A DNA stretch of 64,000 nt from an uncultured virus (IMG/VR IMGVR_UViG_3300029998_000015) (IMGVR_UViG_3300029998_000015); one strand, 5' to 3'. Shown: positions 42,808 through 53,494, numbered from the stretch's first letter. Notes: generated from the letters alone by a model not told the origin. Numbers and translations: made by a program.

Positions 42808-43264
42808 AAAATTCTTTGCTTATTTCATTCAGCATTTTACCTAATAGATTTTGTCCCCAATCATCAATGTTACTTAATGCATCATAATCAGAAAACCCAA
42901 TACCCCATATTCTATCTTTTGGATTTGCTTCAACTAAAATATAATCTTTATATTTATACATTAGATTTTTAAAATTAGGATTTTGTGAAAATTTTTCTCG
43001 TAATCCTTTTTTTACTACATCATATCTAACATTATTCCAAACATCATCAATGTAGTTTTTAACTTTACGACCAAGCTTTTTTTGGTCAGAAGGAGAACTA
43101 GAGTTCATTATTTTTCTAGCTGTTTCAATATCATTAAACCAAATAGCTTTCTGATGCATCATATACTGTTCTCCGCAATTATATGTCACATCATCTACTG
43201 TAAAAATAGAAGGAAACCAATTGCTGAATTCACCTTTAAGGAAAAATTTATAATTCTTTTTCAT
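42788..43264 (-). CDS. ybiA: NADAR family protein (YbiA-like)
   Basis: FSNWFPS, EQYMMHQKA, KKLGRKV, KFSQN, LVEANPKDRIWGIG, GQNLLGKML. Confidence 0.93.
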   Translation of the reverse strand: MKKNYKFFLKGEFSNWFPSIFTVDDVTYNCGEQYMMHQKAIWFNDIETARKIMNSSSPSDQKKLGRKVKNYIDDVWNNVRYDVVKKGLREKFSQNPNFKNLMYKYKDYILVEANPKDRIWGIGFSDYDALSNIDDWGQNLLGKMLNEISKEFFDDEKR

Positions 43265-43641
43265 TATTTATTTTTTTTAATTTATATTTTCTTGTTTCTT
43301 TATTTAATTGTTTTCCTAATTCAATAACATCATCATAACTAAAATTATTAAATATTCCTATATCATAATATTCTTGACAAACATTTAATTTTTTAAAAAT
43401 AAATGTTTCTCTAGCAATTTTTTTTGCTAATCCTTTTATATCAATGAGTTTTTCCATTAATTTTAATTAATTTTTTACTTCTTTGAGCAATGTTTATATA
43501 CTTTCTCAATTCTATCATATCTAAATCTTGGCAAAAACTCAATCCTTCTACAACACAAATTATATTATCAACATTAGTATTTTTAAATACTGAATCATTA
43601 ACTAAATCTTTTGCTAATTCTTTAATATCAAATTTTTTCAT
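43248..43641 (-). other. Two paralogous DIKxLAK ORFs with RxxKL tag (43248-43457, 43441-43641)
   Basis: DIKxLAK...FK...IEL...RKYKL / RSKKL. Confidence 0.7.
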
Positions 43642-43819
43642 AAATATTATAAATTAAATGTGATGTATAATATAAAATATAGAATAAAACAACGTTTATA
43701 ATTGACGAAACAAATACAGTTGAGCTTAATGTTATATTTAATGAATATACACAAGATGATATAATAATCATAACTGATACGATAGAAAACAAAATAACAA
43801 TAAAATAGTTATTTTTCAT
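43628..43819 (-). CDS. Small 2-TM membrane protein
   Basis: Hydrophobic. Confidence 0.5.
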   Translation of the reverse strand: MKNNYFIVILFSIVSVMIIISSCVYSLNITLSSTVFVSSIINVVLFYILYYTSHLIYNIYEKI

Positions 43820-44841
43820 TTTGAAAATAATCTTTGTATAAAATTCTTTTTATTTATTTTATCAAGTTTTTCTTTTCTTTCTTGTTTTATATCATTTTCA
43901 CTTACCAGCCATTCAATATCAGAGGTATTTTTAATTGATATAAATTTTGATTTGGTCGCTCTTTTAACATAATCAAATTGTGATGGATCAAAACCTGAAA
44001 TGATTTCTAAACTCACTAAATTTATTTTAGATATTCCTCCATTATATTTATCTACTTCTTCAACATAAACCATCACTTTATATTCATATGACTCTGAACT
44101 ACCTATACTTTTACTAAGATTTGTTTTATGAATGTAATATCCTTGAGGTAATTTTGGTTTTTTACTCATGATTATTTTTTATTTATCTCTAAAATTTTAT
44201 CTCTTCTATCATTTTTTAATGTAGGCATCAACCATTCTACTTTATCAGTTTTGACTATTGATACAAATTTATTTTTTGCACATGTCTTCATCCAATCATA
44301 TTTATCAGGATCATCCCCTTTCTCAATTTCTACCTTTTCTAATATTACTCTGGAATAATTATTTTCATACCTTTCTACTTCTATAACATGTAAAAAAACT
44401 GTATATTTATCATATCCTTGTTTTGTCGAAATAGTTTCAAGATAAAAACCTCTTGGTCCTTTTATTGGTTGTTTTTTATTAAACATTTTATTTTGATTTT
44501 TTAATTTGTTTAAGCTTTTCAGCTCTTTCATCATTTAAGGTAGAAATATTTTCTAACCATTGTATTTTATTTGTTTCATAAATTGATACAAATTGTTCTC
44601 TTACACAAGTTTTTATCCAATTAAATTGGTTTATATTCATTCCAGATTTAATTTCTACATTTTCTAGTTTTATTTTTGATAAATTATCTTTATACCTTTC
44701 TAATTCTGATACATGAACTACATAATCATAATCATTACTAGAATTTGATTCATTTTCATTTAATTGAATAGTGCCAGTATAATATCCTTTTAGAATAATT
44801 GGCTCCTTTTTTTTGCCAAAAATTTTATTTAATAATTTCAT
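43816..44841 (-). other. Three paralogous ~117-aa ORFs with RxxK[LI] tag (43816-44169, 44172-44534, 44488-44841)
   Basis: GxY...VxExxxY...SxxxL..xEI..G...FxSI..T..xxWL shared. Confidence 0.8.
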
Positions 44842-44843
44842 AT

Positions 44844-45461
44844 TTAATTATTTTTTAATTTGTTACTCAATTCAATAAACATATCATACCAATCCTTTGG
44901 CTTGCAAATGTTTTCATCATCATATATTTTTGATTTAATTATATTCATTGAGCCAAAATCATATATTTTTCCAGTTTCTTTAATTTGAATACCAAAATTT
45001 AATATTCTCAATGCATGATAAATATTTTTAGATGCATATTCAAAATTATCATCTTTATATGACAGTATAGCATTATGCCAACTTGATGATGCTAATGTTA
45101 TAACTTTTTTAGAAAATTCTTTTTTATCAAATTTGGAAATTTTAAAATCAAAAGTTTTTTTAACTATCATATCTTCAGGTAAAAATAAACATTCTAATAC
45201 TGACATTTGATAATTATTTATTGCATCTATAAATCCTCCTCTTGAATAACAAGTTCCTTGAATTTCTCTATCAGATGATGATATTGCATTATCTTTAAAT
45301 GATCCACTTGGTAATATTGATCTCTTATAAACTATGATATAATCAAAATCAGAATACTCATCTGCAGTCCCATATATTTGTGATCCGTATGGAAATATGT
45401 TCAATATCTCATTTATGTCTAAATGTAATTCATTACAAATTTCTTCTGCTGTATAGTTCAT
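44844..45461 (-). CDS. Nucleotidyltransferase (pol-beta superfamily)
   Basis: YGSQIYGT...SDFDY (GS + DxD); KNIYHALRIL helix. Confidence 0.85.
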   Translation of the reverse strand: MNYTAEEICNELHLDINEILNIFPYGSQIYGTADEYSDFDYIIVYKRSILPSGSFKDNAISSSDREIQGTCYSRGGFIDAINNYQMSVLECLFLPEDMIVKKTFDFKISKFDKKEFSKKVITLASSSWHNAILSYKDDNFEYASKNIYHALRILNFGIQIKETGKIYDFGSMNIIKSKIYDDENICKPKDWYDMFIELSNKLKNN

Positions 45462-45817
45462 TCTTTTAATATAAATTTTTTAAATATCATCTCTATAATC
45501 TCATCATCACTAGCGCCATATTGTTTATTTTCAGAATCAATTATTGTATATCCTACTTCATCAGAAACATATTTTTTTATGTCTTCTAATTTAGAGTTAT
45601 CTATTTCTTTCCAACCTTCTAAAATTTCATCTTGAATATCTTTGGTACTTTCACCACCTAATTCTACAATTAGTTTATCTGCATTATCATGATATGCACC
45701 ATATGATTTAACTTTCCATCCAATACCAGCAACTTTAGCGTCTAACATTACATGAGACATTGCACTTCTTAACCATTCAAGTTCAATAATTATTTTTTTG
45801 CGATTCATTCTTTTCAT
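45458..45817 (-). CDS. Hypothetical protein
   Basis: 119-aa ORF. Confidence 0.6.
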   Translation of the reverse strand: MKRMNRKKIIIELEWLRSAMSHVMLDAKVAGIGWKVKSYGAYHDNADKLIVELGGESTKDIQDEILEGWKEIDNSKLEDIKKYVSDEVGYTIIDSENKQYGASDDEIIEMIFKKFILKE

Positions 45818-45819
45818 AA

Positions 45820-46083
45820 CTAATATACTATACTTTGTGAAATTTTTTTACCACATCTTTTACAAATATAAATAGGTAAAGTATATCCAGTTGAGTTATG
45901 ATATGGAAATCCATCAACAGGATCAGTATAACCTATTATTTCATCATTTTCAAAATCTACGTCAGGTTCTAATTCAGATAATTCTTCGCAATAACACCAT
46001 TCGGGATTTTCTTTAATTTCCTTTTCTAATGCTATTTTACTACGAATTTCTTTATTTTTTTCTTTCGTTATTTTATTTGACAT
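45820..46083 (-). CDS. Small Cys/His-containing protein
   Basis: WCYC...H...CKRC. Confidence 0.55.
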   Translation of the reverse strand: MSNKITKEKNKEIRSKIALEKEIKENPEWCYCEELSELEPDVDFENDEIIGYTDPVDGFPYHNSTGYTLPIYICKRCGKKISQSIVY

Positions 46084-46306
46084 GATTATTTGGTATTACA
46101 ACATCAGTATTAGTATCAAATGAATTCATGATAACTTGTAATGAAACGCCTAACTTAATTGTAGCGTCATAAAACATATGAACATCATCTATTTCTTCAA
46201 GCCAATTATCATGTCCATTTATACAATGTCCATTGTTTTTGTTTTCCTTTGTAGTTCCACAAGTAATACAGATTGCTTCTGCAGAATGATAGTTATTTTC
46301 TATCAT
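46073..46306 (-). CDS. Small Zn-finger-like protein
   Basis: CITC...CINGH. Confidence 0.55.
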   Translation of the reverse strand: MIENNYHSAEAICITCGTTKENKNNGHCINGHDNWLEEIDDVHMFYDATIKLGVSLQVIMNSFDTNTDVVIPNNHVK

Positions 46307-46812
46307 ATAGTTTCAAGTTTTAATGTTTTTGTAATAGGGTCTAAAAGTACTATATTATACTTATCATCAGATAATATTGTATAATTTGATATTTGAGGAT
46401 TTTTTACATTATCTTTTACTGTATAGCCATCAACATATACAACATTAGATTCTCTAATTTTCAATAAAATTAAGGAATGAATTTTTGTTTGTTTATTTGT
46501 ATATTTAGGATAACATTCTCTCCACTTTTGATTTTTTACTATTATTTTTTTGAAAACTTCTTCAATTGAAAATTTGCCTATTTCACAAACATTTAAATAT
46601 ACTGAGAATTGATTTTGAATGGCATCAGCCATTTCTTCAATCAAATGATCCTCATCGTATGGTTTTTGTGTTATTCCAATAAGTTTACAAACTTCTGCGG
46701 AAAACTCACCATATTCTTCGTTATATTTAAGAAATCTTTCAAGAAATTTTTTACCATCAAGGTGATTTAATTCTGAAATTTCATTCAGAATTTTTTCTAA
46801 TTCTATATTCAT
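46303..46812 (-). CDS. MazG-like nucleotide pyrophosphohydrolase
   Basis: KYNEEYGEFSAEV...EEMADAI...KNQKW (EExxE/ExxD). Confidence 0.8.
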   Translation of the reverse strand: MNIELEKILNEISELNHLDGKKFLERFLKYNEEYGEFSAEVCKLIGITQKPYDEDHLIEEMADAIQNQFSVYLNVCEIGKFSIEEVFKKIIVKNQKWRECYPKYTNKQTKIHSLILLKIRESNVVYVDGYTVKDNVKNPQISNYTILSDDKYNIVLLDPITKTLKLETI

Positions 46813-47056
46813 TTATTTTTTCTAATTTTAATTTTCTAATATCTTGTTCTGAATAAAAATGAGCATTTACAAAATATTCTGAATAATAATGCTCATTAAT
46901 TATATATGATATACTTGTAGTATATGAATTATTGTAAATTACTTTATTGTATATTATATCTTGTATCTTGTATCTTGTATTTTTTTTGAATACTCCAGCA
47001 GATGTGATTTTATAAATGGATTTACATTTACATAATAATTCATCTCCTATTTTCAT
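46781..47056 (-). CDS. SH3/KOW-like ORF with RKLKL tag
   Basis: MKIGDELLCK...DIRKLKLEKI. Confidence 0.7.
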   Translation of the reverse strand: MKIGDELLCKCKSIYKITSAGVFKKNTRYKIQDIIYNKVIYNNSYTTSISYIINEHYYSEYFVNAHFYSEQDIRKLKLEKINEYRIRKNSE

Positions 47057-47059
47057 ATT

Positions 47060-47293
47060 TTAATCATTTATATTCTTACATAAATCACAACCACCTTCAC
47101 AACCACAATGACTACACCATTCATCTCTTTCTTTTTTTGATAAATTTTTAAATTCTGTGCGACGTTTAATTGTATTATAAATTATACCTTTTTCCCTATT
47201 TATTCTAAGTTCACAGTTATCAAAATTACAATCAGGGCCATCTGCTTTACAGCAATCATCATATACATACACTACACATTGTTTATATTTCAT
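47060..47293 (-). CDS. Small Cys-rich protein
   Basis: Multiple Cys; CSHCGCEGGCDLC. Confidence 0.55.
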   Translation of the reverse strand: MKYKQCVVYVYDDCCKADGPDCNFDNCELRINREKGIIYNTIKRRTEFKNLSKKERDEWCSHCGCEGGCDLCKNIND

Positions 47294-48156
47294 ATTTTAA
47301 ATAATTTATTGTGCTCATTTGTTGATAATTCATTGACAGCTTTTACTACCTTATCATAATCATTTCCATACATTGACGCGCAATTAAATGAATTTAGTTC
47401 AAGTAATTTATACTCATCATCAATTGTTTTACATACATCAATAGTATATGCTAAATCAGGTTGATATATTTTTGACATTTTAATTGCAAAATCTGTAGCT
47501 TTTTGATCTTGACAAATTCTATCATAATAAGGATCAAATGTTCCAATATTTTCTTCATCAAAATATTGTGAGCCAGATACTACTATTCCATCTACCACAA
47601 TAAAACGATATTCTTCTTTCAATTGTTGTCTATCAGATATTAATACTAAAGTGTTCATATCTAATCCGCAATATGATTTTGTTAATAAGCTAAATTCAGA
47701 TTCAAAATTATTGAATGATAACATTTGTCCTGGAAATGATTTAAATCCATTAGAAGGCCTTATAAACACATGGGTATTAATAAAAGTACTAAAGATTTTA
47801 TCTTTATTTCTTAATACATCATTTAGACCCATCATCAGATAATCTTCATTAAGAAGATAATCACCAAAATATCCATAATAATTATAACATTCATAATTAT
47901 CAATAGTCAAAAAAACTCCTGGATAAATTGGTAGATGTGTTAATTGTCTGCCATGTCCAAGTGAGCCATGAAATATATTAATATTATTATTAGATGAAAA
48001 TTCGCTAGTAATAAATTTTTTAAATGATGAATTTTTTATCTCATCATAAAAACATACATTCGCTCCTGATTTTTTTATGGAATCAATTAAACGTTCTTCA
48101 TATTCATCCCACAAATTTGTGTCAATTATCCAGTTTATCATTTTTTCCTTTCTCAT
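47290..48156 (-). CDS. ATP-grasp protein (DUF4343/R2K-like)
   Basis: FIRPSNGFKSFPG, EEYRFIVVDG..VSGSQY, YTIDVC, LLELNSFNCASMY. Confidence 0.82.
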   Translation of the reverse strand: MRKEKMINWIIDTNLWDEYEERLIDSIKKSGANVCFYDEIKNSSFKKFITSEFSSNNNINIFHGSLGHGRQLTHLPIYPGVFLTIDNYECYNYYGYFGDYLLNEDYLMMGLNDVLRNKDKIFSTFINTHVFIRPSNGFKSFPGQMLSFNNFESEFSLLTKSYCGLDMNTLVLISDRQQLKEEYRFIVVDGIVVSGSQYFDEENIGTFDPYYDRICQDQKATDFAIKMSKIYQPDLAYTIDVCKTIDDEYKLLELNSFNCASMYGNDYDKVVKAVNELSTNEHNKLFKI

Positions 48157-48213
48157 ATACAGTTTTTTACACTATATATTTTTTTAAATTATTAATTTTT
48201 AATTATATTAATT

Positions 48214-48765
48214 TTATATATTTACTCTGAAAAAACTATAAAAAATTTTATAACAGGATTGATATAATTCACCTAATTTGAATTTTTTTCTGCAAAGATT
48301 TTTTATTACATCATCATGTTCAAATGCCCAATGATAGTTATCAATATCAAATATATTAATCCATTTTACATTATTAACTTCATTTAATTCCCCTTCATTT
48401 CCTATGCCAATATTATTAGTATCATCTTTTTTACCTAATAGTGAGTAAAATCTATGAGTCACATTTTGTAAATATGCTGATGGCGAATCATTAATATCAA
48501 AACATACTAATTTATTATAATCAATTACAAATTTACATTCTTCTTTTGTTTCTCTTGAACATGCCATTTTAAGTGTTTCACCATAATCTAAATGACCACA
48601 AGGGCAATTCCATAAGTATTTATGATTTGATGTACCAGAACCTCTCTGATTAGCTAACACCTGCAAATTTCCTTTATAATATCTAAATATAAAGCCAGCT
48701 ACTCCAATATTTCTATGTACATAATATTCTTTTCCATCAATACCTATTATTTTATGATTTTTCAT
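48214..48765 (-). CDS. Nudix hydrolase
   Basis: PCGHLDYGETLKMACSRETKEEC Nudix box; WAFEH. Confidence 0.9.
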   Translation of the reverse strand: MKNHKIIGIDGKEYYVHRNIGVAGFIFRYYKGNLQVLANQRGSGTSNHKYLWNCPCGHLDYGETLKMACSRETKEECKFVIDYNKLVCFDINDSPSAYLQNVTHRFYSLLGKKDDTNNIGIGNEGELNEVNNVKWINIFDIDNYHWAFEHDDVIKNLCRKKFKLGELYQSCYKIFYSFFRVNI

Positions 48766-48779
48766 TTATTGAATATTTT

Positions 48780-48965
48780 TTATTGCTCAATCCAATGTTC
48801 ATCTACAAATTTATATTCTATAAATTCTTTTTTTAAAAATGGAAATTTCCTACAAAATCGAATTTCATGTCGATAATAATAACGATCGCATTCAATTAAT
48901 TCTGATGATTTATTATCTTCAGATAAAAAACCAAATTTACTCTTATTATAAATGTTTTTGCTCAT
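48780..48965 (-). CDS. Small hypothetical protein
   Basis: 61-aa ORF. Confidence 0.5.
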   Translation of the reverse strand: MSKNIYNKSKFGFLSEDNKSSELIECDRYYYRHEIRFCRKFPFLKKEFIEYKFVDEHWIEQ

Positions 48966-49125
48966 TTTTTAATTTAGTTAATTTAACATAATGTTCATGA
49001 ATCTCTTCCCATGTATAAGTTTTAAATGATTTAATATGAAACCATGCATCTTCTCTCAAATCATAAATATATTTATGATTTGTAAAGCACCATTTTGTAA
49101 ATTCTATATCTTCTTTCATAATTTA

Positions 49126-50547
49126 TTATATTTTTTCGCATTTATCTTGATAACCATAATGAAAAACTGACATAATATATAAATCAAGCATAGATTCATC
49201 TCTATCTTTAAAATAATCTAATGAAGATTGTTCAAATCTATCTTTGATGTTTGGTACACATTTAAGTATATCATTTGTTGTTATATCAACACCATTCCAA
49301 ATAACTTCATTCATTGGTGAATCTTGAATTTGTTCATAATTATATTCACAAAATAGAATTTCTAATAATTCTTTTGCAGCATTCTGATAATCGTTATAAT
49401 CTATAGATTCATCATTGTTAATAGAATTAATTTTAGATTGATAACCATAATTTAAAATAGAAGTGATATATAAATCCAGCATAGAGTAATTTCTATCATT
49501 AAAAAAATCTTTTTTAAATCTATCTTTTATACTTGGTATAATTGATAGAATTTCGTTCGACTTTATTTCAACACCTTTCCAATCAATTTCTTTTAACTGA
49601 GTATTTTCAAATTTTTCATAAATCTCATCACCAAATACTTTTTGAAATAATTGTTTTGATGCTTTTTGATATTTTGTATAAGTTTCTTTCTTTTTATTTT
49701 TATTAATATAATCATTTTTAAAATCTTCTTCAGAGAATCCTTTATCAAATTTTTTTAAAAAATTATTTAAAAAATCTATTTGTCTATTATGAAATTCAGT
49801 CCATGATTCCCATTTTCTATTAGTAATTTCCTCTATGTCAGGACATATTTCAGAATCTTTATATCCCCAAGTTTTACGTAAATCTTTTATAGCTTTTGGA
49901 CCTTTTTTATCATATTCAAGAAAATGATTCAAATCTGATTTAATATTATTATCAGTTGGATAATATGTATTGTCTTTATATAATTCTTCATTAAAAAAGT
50001 ATTTCAATGTTTCTTTACATAATATAATTGATTCTTCTGTCCAATCTAGTTGCATAAATTCATTATTATAATACATATCACAAATAAGTGAAAACCCTTT
50101 ACTAAATGGATATGGGCTAAATGAACGATCGTTAATAACTTCAACTAAACTTGGCTTATAAAAAAAATCACATTCTTTTATTTTTTTATCAAATCTATAA
50201 TATACATAATCATGATTATTATGAATTACCTCAATAGGAGTTTCAATTCCACTAACATAATACATGACTGATTCAAAATAGTCTTTTGGTAATTCTTTGT
50301 ATTTATCTTTACCATATGGTTTATCTTTAATTCTATCCCAGTCATCAGTTTCTTTATTTCTCTTATATTTTGGCTCTACTACATAGCCACCTTCTTCTGG
50401 TGTATTAGTTTCTGCTACTTCATAACCATTACCAATTGAGAAAAAAATATGACTCAACACTTTAAGTTTTGAATTAAAATAATTATCACTTTTGTATAAT
50501 GTTGGATAATTTTGAATGCTTCTTGATATAAAATCTTTTATTTTCAT
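49126..50547 (-). CDS. Hypothetical protein with duplicated C-terminal domain
   Basis: Start moved to ATG 50547 (promoter lies within the track's TTG extension); two WxGVxI...IKDRF...SMLDLYIxSxxxYGYQ repeats. Confidence 0.7.
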   Translation of the reverse strand: MKIKDFISRSIQNYPTLYKSDNYFNSKLKVLSHIFFSIGNGYEVAETNTPEEGGYVVEPKYKRNKETDDWDRIKDKPYGKDKYKELPKDYFESVMYYVSGIETPIEVIHNNHDYVYYRFDKKIKECDFFYKPSLVEVINDRSFSPYPFSKGFSLICDMYYNNEFMQLDWTEESIILCKETLKYFFNEELYKDNTYYPTDNNIKSDLNHFLEYDKKGPKAIKDLRKTWGYKDSEICPDIEEITNRKWESWTEFHNRQIDFLNNFLKKFDKGFSEEDFKNDYINKNKKKETYTKYQKASKQLFQKVFGDEIYEKFENTQLKEIDWKGVEIKSNEILSIIPSIKDRFKKDFFNDRNYSMLDLYITSILNYGYQSKINSINNDESIDYNDYQNAAKELLEILFCEYNYEQIQDSPMNEVIWNGVDITTNDILKCVPNIKDRFEQSSLDYFKDRDESMLDLYIMSVFHYGYQDKCEKI

Positions 50548-50570
50548 TTGTATATTATAAATAATTTTAT

Positions 50571-50602
50571 CAAAGATAATAATAATTTTTGATATAAACA
50601 AA
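50571..50602 (-). promoter_or_regulatory. Bacteroidota sigma-A promoter
   Basis: -7 TATCTTTG 50571-50578; TTTG 50599-50602; 20-nt spacer. Confidence 0.8.
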
Positions 50603-50676
50603 AAAAATCACTTATTTTTCAATAAATGATTTAAAAAGATGCAAGATCATGATATATACTATAAATATATATATTC

Positions 50677-51294
50677 TTAATAATCATAAGAGTCTTTATA
50701 TCCATATTTATTTTTAATTTCCTCTTTGCTTTTGTCCATTAATTCATATTCTTCTTCGGTAAATCTACCACTTATTCCTGGATATTGTATGCTTTTTTCT
50801 TTTATTGCGACTTTATATTTATTAGAAAAATCTAAAATAGATTTTCTTAAATATTTCCATCCTTCTACGGAATAGCCAGAAAATGCTAAAACATCATTTG
50901 AATAGGTTTTCGAAAAATAATCAAACATTTTTTCAAGTAATTTTTTTGAAACTCCTATTTCAAAAAAATCTTTATTTGTAGATAAGTAACTAATTGAATA
51001 TGAATTACTAGAATCCCAATGTGCAAATTTACATATTCCTAATATATCAGTATCACTATGAGCTATTATTAATCTACATGTATCATTATATTTCTTTGAT
51101 CCTCCATAAGATTGCATATCAATATAATCGAAATATTGTATTTTTTTCTTTAAATTATACCTTTCATATCCAAATTCATAATTATGATAGTCATTTTTGT
51201 TAATAAATTTACTATAAAAATCACTAGCTTCTTTAATAGTAAAGATATCAATTTTATAATCAACATCTTTTTTACATGAAATAATATTGTTCAT
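50677..51294 (-). CDS. GNAT-family acetyltransferase-like protein
   Basis: ISYLSTNKDFFEIGVSKKLL resembles GNAT motif A; downstream SVEG. Confidence 0.6.
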   Translation of the reverse strand: MNNIISCKKDVDYKIDIFTIKEASDFYSKFINKNDYHNYEFGYERYNLKKKIQYFDYIDMQSYGGSKKYNDTCRLIIAHSDTDILGICKFAHWDSSNSYSISYLSTNKDFFEIGVSKKLLEKMFDYFSKTYSNDVLAFSGYSVEGWKYLRKSILDFSNKYKVAIKEKSIQYPGISGRFTEEEYELMDKSKEEIKNKYGYKDSYDY

Positions 51295-51326
51295 ATGTTT
51301 ATGTATTAATTAGAGTGTAAAGATAC

Positions 51327-51356
51327 AAAAAAAAAGATTGTATAAAACAATCTTTT
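51327..51356 (-). terminator. Intrinsic terminator abutting -7-like element (51318-51325)
   Basis: aaaagattg/caatctttt stem. Confidence 0.65.
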
Positions 51357-51384
51357 AACTTTTTTTTAATTATTATAATAAATA

Positions 51385-51720
51385 TTACAAATTGCTATTT
51401 ATTTGTTCAATTAATTTATTTTTTTGAGTCATTCCAGTAAAAGTTACTTTTTCTCCTTTAGTATTTATGATAATAGTAGTTGGTATACTCTTTATTGAAA
51501 ATATTTCTGAAATTTCAATTTCATCTTCTACGTCTACTGAATAAAATGTCATATCTTTAATTTCATTTGAAACATTTTCAAATATTGGAGTATAAGACTT
51601 ACATGGACCGCACCATAAGGCACTGAATTTCAACGCAATAGGTTTATCATTTTTGAATTTTTGAGTTTCAAAATCCATAATTTTTTCCTTGAATGTTTCT
51701 AATGTTAAATGTTCTATCAT
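51385..51720 (-). CDS. trxA: Thioredoxin
   Basis: WCGPC active site; IKSIPT cis-Pro motif. Confidence 0.95.
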   Translation of the reverse strand: MIEHLTLETFKEKIMDFETQKFKNDKPIALKFSALWCGPCKSYTPIFENVSNEIKDMTFYSVDVEDEIEISEIFSIKSIPTTIIINTKGEKVTFTGMTQKNKLIEQINSNL

Positions 51721-51842
51721 GAGTTATTTTTATTTTTTTGTATTAAAAACTGTTTAAATAGTTTAAAATATATTGAGACATTATATATTAAAAAAACTTA
51801 TTGTAAAACATTTTTTATAAGGAAATCCGTGTTACAAAGATG

Positions 51843-52454
51843 TTAAATTTTTAAAAATGTAATATCATCGGGGTTAAATCCTTCAGGAATATAATCTTCT
51901 ATAATATCTTCTTCAATGAAATCATCATCTTCTTCTTCATCTTCTTGAATAAATATTATTCTTACTGCATTTATTTTATCATCTTTAGTAGAGTATAAGC
52001 ATACATATGAACCATCTCCAAATCCTGTTCTTGAAACTACTCCAAAAACTAAATTACCTCCTAATTCATTAGTATCAGTAATATCACAACAATTACCATA
52101 AAAAGATGATTTATCACCCCATTCACCAATTTCATCCTTAGTTTTTGGATATTTAGAATCATCAAAAATTCCGCATTGACCTGAATCAACTCCAACATCA
52201 ATACCTGAATCTTTCCAGCTATTGTTATTTATTATATCTAAAACATTTTCAATTGATTCATCTCCAAATATTGCAATATTTTCAGATACTCTATTACCAA
52301 ATTTTTTTTCATCACTATATTTTATAAATGATGTCCATTTTCCTATATTACAATTTTGTAGAATTCCACTACACCAAACAGTTTTATCATAGCATGGATC
52401 AGTAATTCTTAATATATCACTTTCAGTATTAAATTTTCCAATTTTTTTAATCAT
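51843..52454 (-). CDS. DUF4241-like protein with acidic tail
   Basis: ITDPCY, VGVDSGQCGIFD, SRTGFGDGSY. Confidence 0.7.
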   Translation of the reverse strand: MIKKIGKFNTESDILRITDPCYDKTVWCSGILQNCNIGKWTSFIKYSDEKKFGNRVSENIAIFGDESIENVLDIINNNSWKDSGIDVGVDSGQCGIFDDSKYPKTKDEIGEWGDKSSFYGNCCDITDTNELGGNLVFGVVSRTGFGDGSYVCLYSTKDDKINAVRIIFIQEDEEEDDDFIEEDIIEDYIPEGFNPDDITFLKI

Positions 52455-52474
52455 ATAATTTGTTTTTTATTTAT

Positions 52475-52482
52475 CAAAGATA
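52475..52482 (-). promoter_or_regulatory. Bacteroidota -7 element TATCTTTG (start of the long leftward early region)
   Basis: caaagata 20 nt upstream of ATG 52454. Confidence 0.75.
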
Positions 52483-52518
52483 ATAATAATATTCCATATA
52501 AAAAAATATTTTATAAAA

Positions 52519-52528
52519 TTATATATAG
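52519..52528 (+). promoter_or_regulatory. Putative late-promoter motif TTATATATA
   Basis: Same motif precedes 8730, 11356, 33687(-), 38057, 48156(-), 53495, 58576(-), 58643 and 59586. Confidence 0.45.
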
Positions 52529-52547
52529 GAAAAACAAAATATTTATC

Positions 52548-52763
52548 ATGTGGAAATATACCAATGTTACTTTTATTTATTCAAATCCAGTTGATTCAAA
52601 ACATGGTGAAAAAGGTGTAGCTCCTGTTATATATACGTACGTAAAAAGTAAGTATGCAGTTTTACAGGCATTAACATTTTTTGTTCAAGAATATTATCCA
52701 TGTGGTGTTTATACAAGTTTTGATCCAAGAACAGTTAAATATAACAAACCAGTTAAAGTATAA
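52548..52763 (+). CDS. Hypothetical protein
   Basis: 71-aa ORF at strand switch. Confidence 0.6.
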   Translation: MWKYTNVTFIYSNPVDSKHGEKGVAPVIYTYVKSKYAVLQALTFFVQEYYPCGVYTSFDPRTVKYNKPVKV

Positions 52764-52777
52764 AATAAAAAACAATT

Positions 52778-53434
52778 ATGATTAAAAAATTTTCAAATTT
52801 TAAATTATTGAAAGAAAATCCAAGTTATATACGTGATGAAAATGGTGATAAGCTATGTGATATGGATGATTTAGATTCTAAACCTTTTTATTGCGATGTA
52901 AATGATAAACACACAAATGTATTAAATGTGTATTTTGGTGAGTTTAAAGATTCTCATTTTAATGCAGGTTCTGAAATAGATAATCCAAGTTATCCTGGAA
53001 GATTATGGACAAAAAGTAAAATAATTTCTTTTTGGACATATCCTAATGTGGAATTGTTTAAATCTATAATTAAAAAAATAGAGAGTGAATTAAAAATTAA
53101 AATTTTTAATAATGGTTGGAGAATAGAAGTAGTTAGAATGAATGGTGAAATAGTAAATACTGAGTACAGTGAAGATAACGATGATTATTATAATTCTGAT
53201 GTAGATTTTGATATGGAAGATTTAATTTCTATTGATAATTATTCAGGTTCAGAAAATGTACCAGAAAGAGAAAAATTGTGGCATTTAATGAATGCAAAGG
53301 AAAAATCAGATAAAATAGCATCAGGTAATCGTCCTCAAATATATGGTGGTTCTTATAAAACAGCTTGGGGTACAATGAATGACATTAGATGGAGACAAGC
53401 AAAATATTCATCTGAGGGAAAACATTATAAATAA
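52778..53434 (+). CDS. Hypothetical protein with N-leader (putative head-internal protein)
   Basis: MIKKFSNFKLLKE; GRLW...ISFW.YP. Confidence 0.65.
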   Translation: MIKKFSNFKLLKENPSYIRDENGDKLCDMDDLDSKPFYCDVNDKHTNVLNVYFGEFKDSHFNAGSEIDNPSYPGRLWTKSKIISFWTYPNVELFKSIIKKIESELKIKIFNNGWRIEVVRMNGEIVNTEYSEDNDDYYNSDVDFDMEDLISIDNYSGSENVPEREKLWHLMNAKEKSDKIASGNRPQIYGGSYKTAWGTMNDIRWRQAKYSSEGKHYK

Positions 53435-53494
53435 TTTATTATTAAAAAAGGAAATCTAAAATTTTATATATAAAAACAAAAATAATTTCGTAGA

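Noticed and set aside
51843..52454. MIKKIGKFNTE as another N-leader protein
   Set aside because: Poor motif match, sits behind a TAnnTTTG promoter and lacks the C-tag
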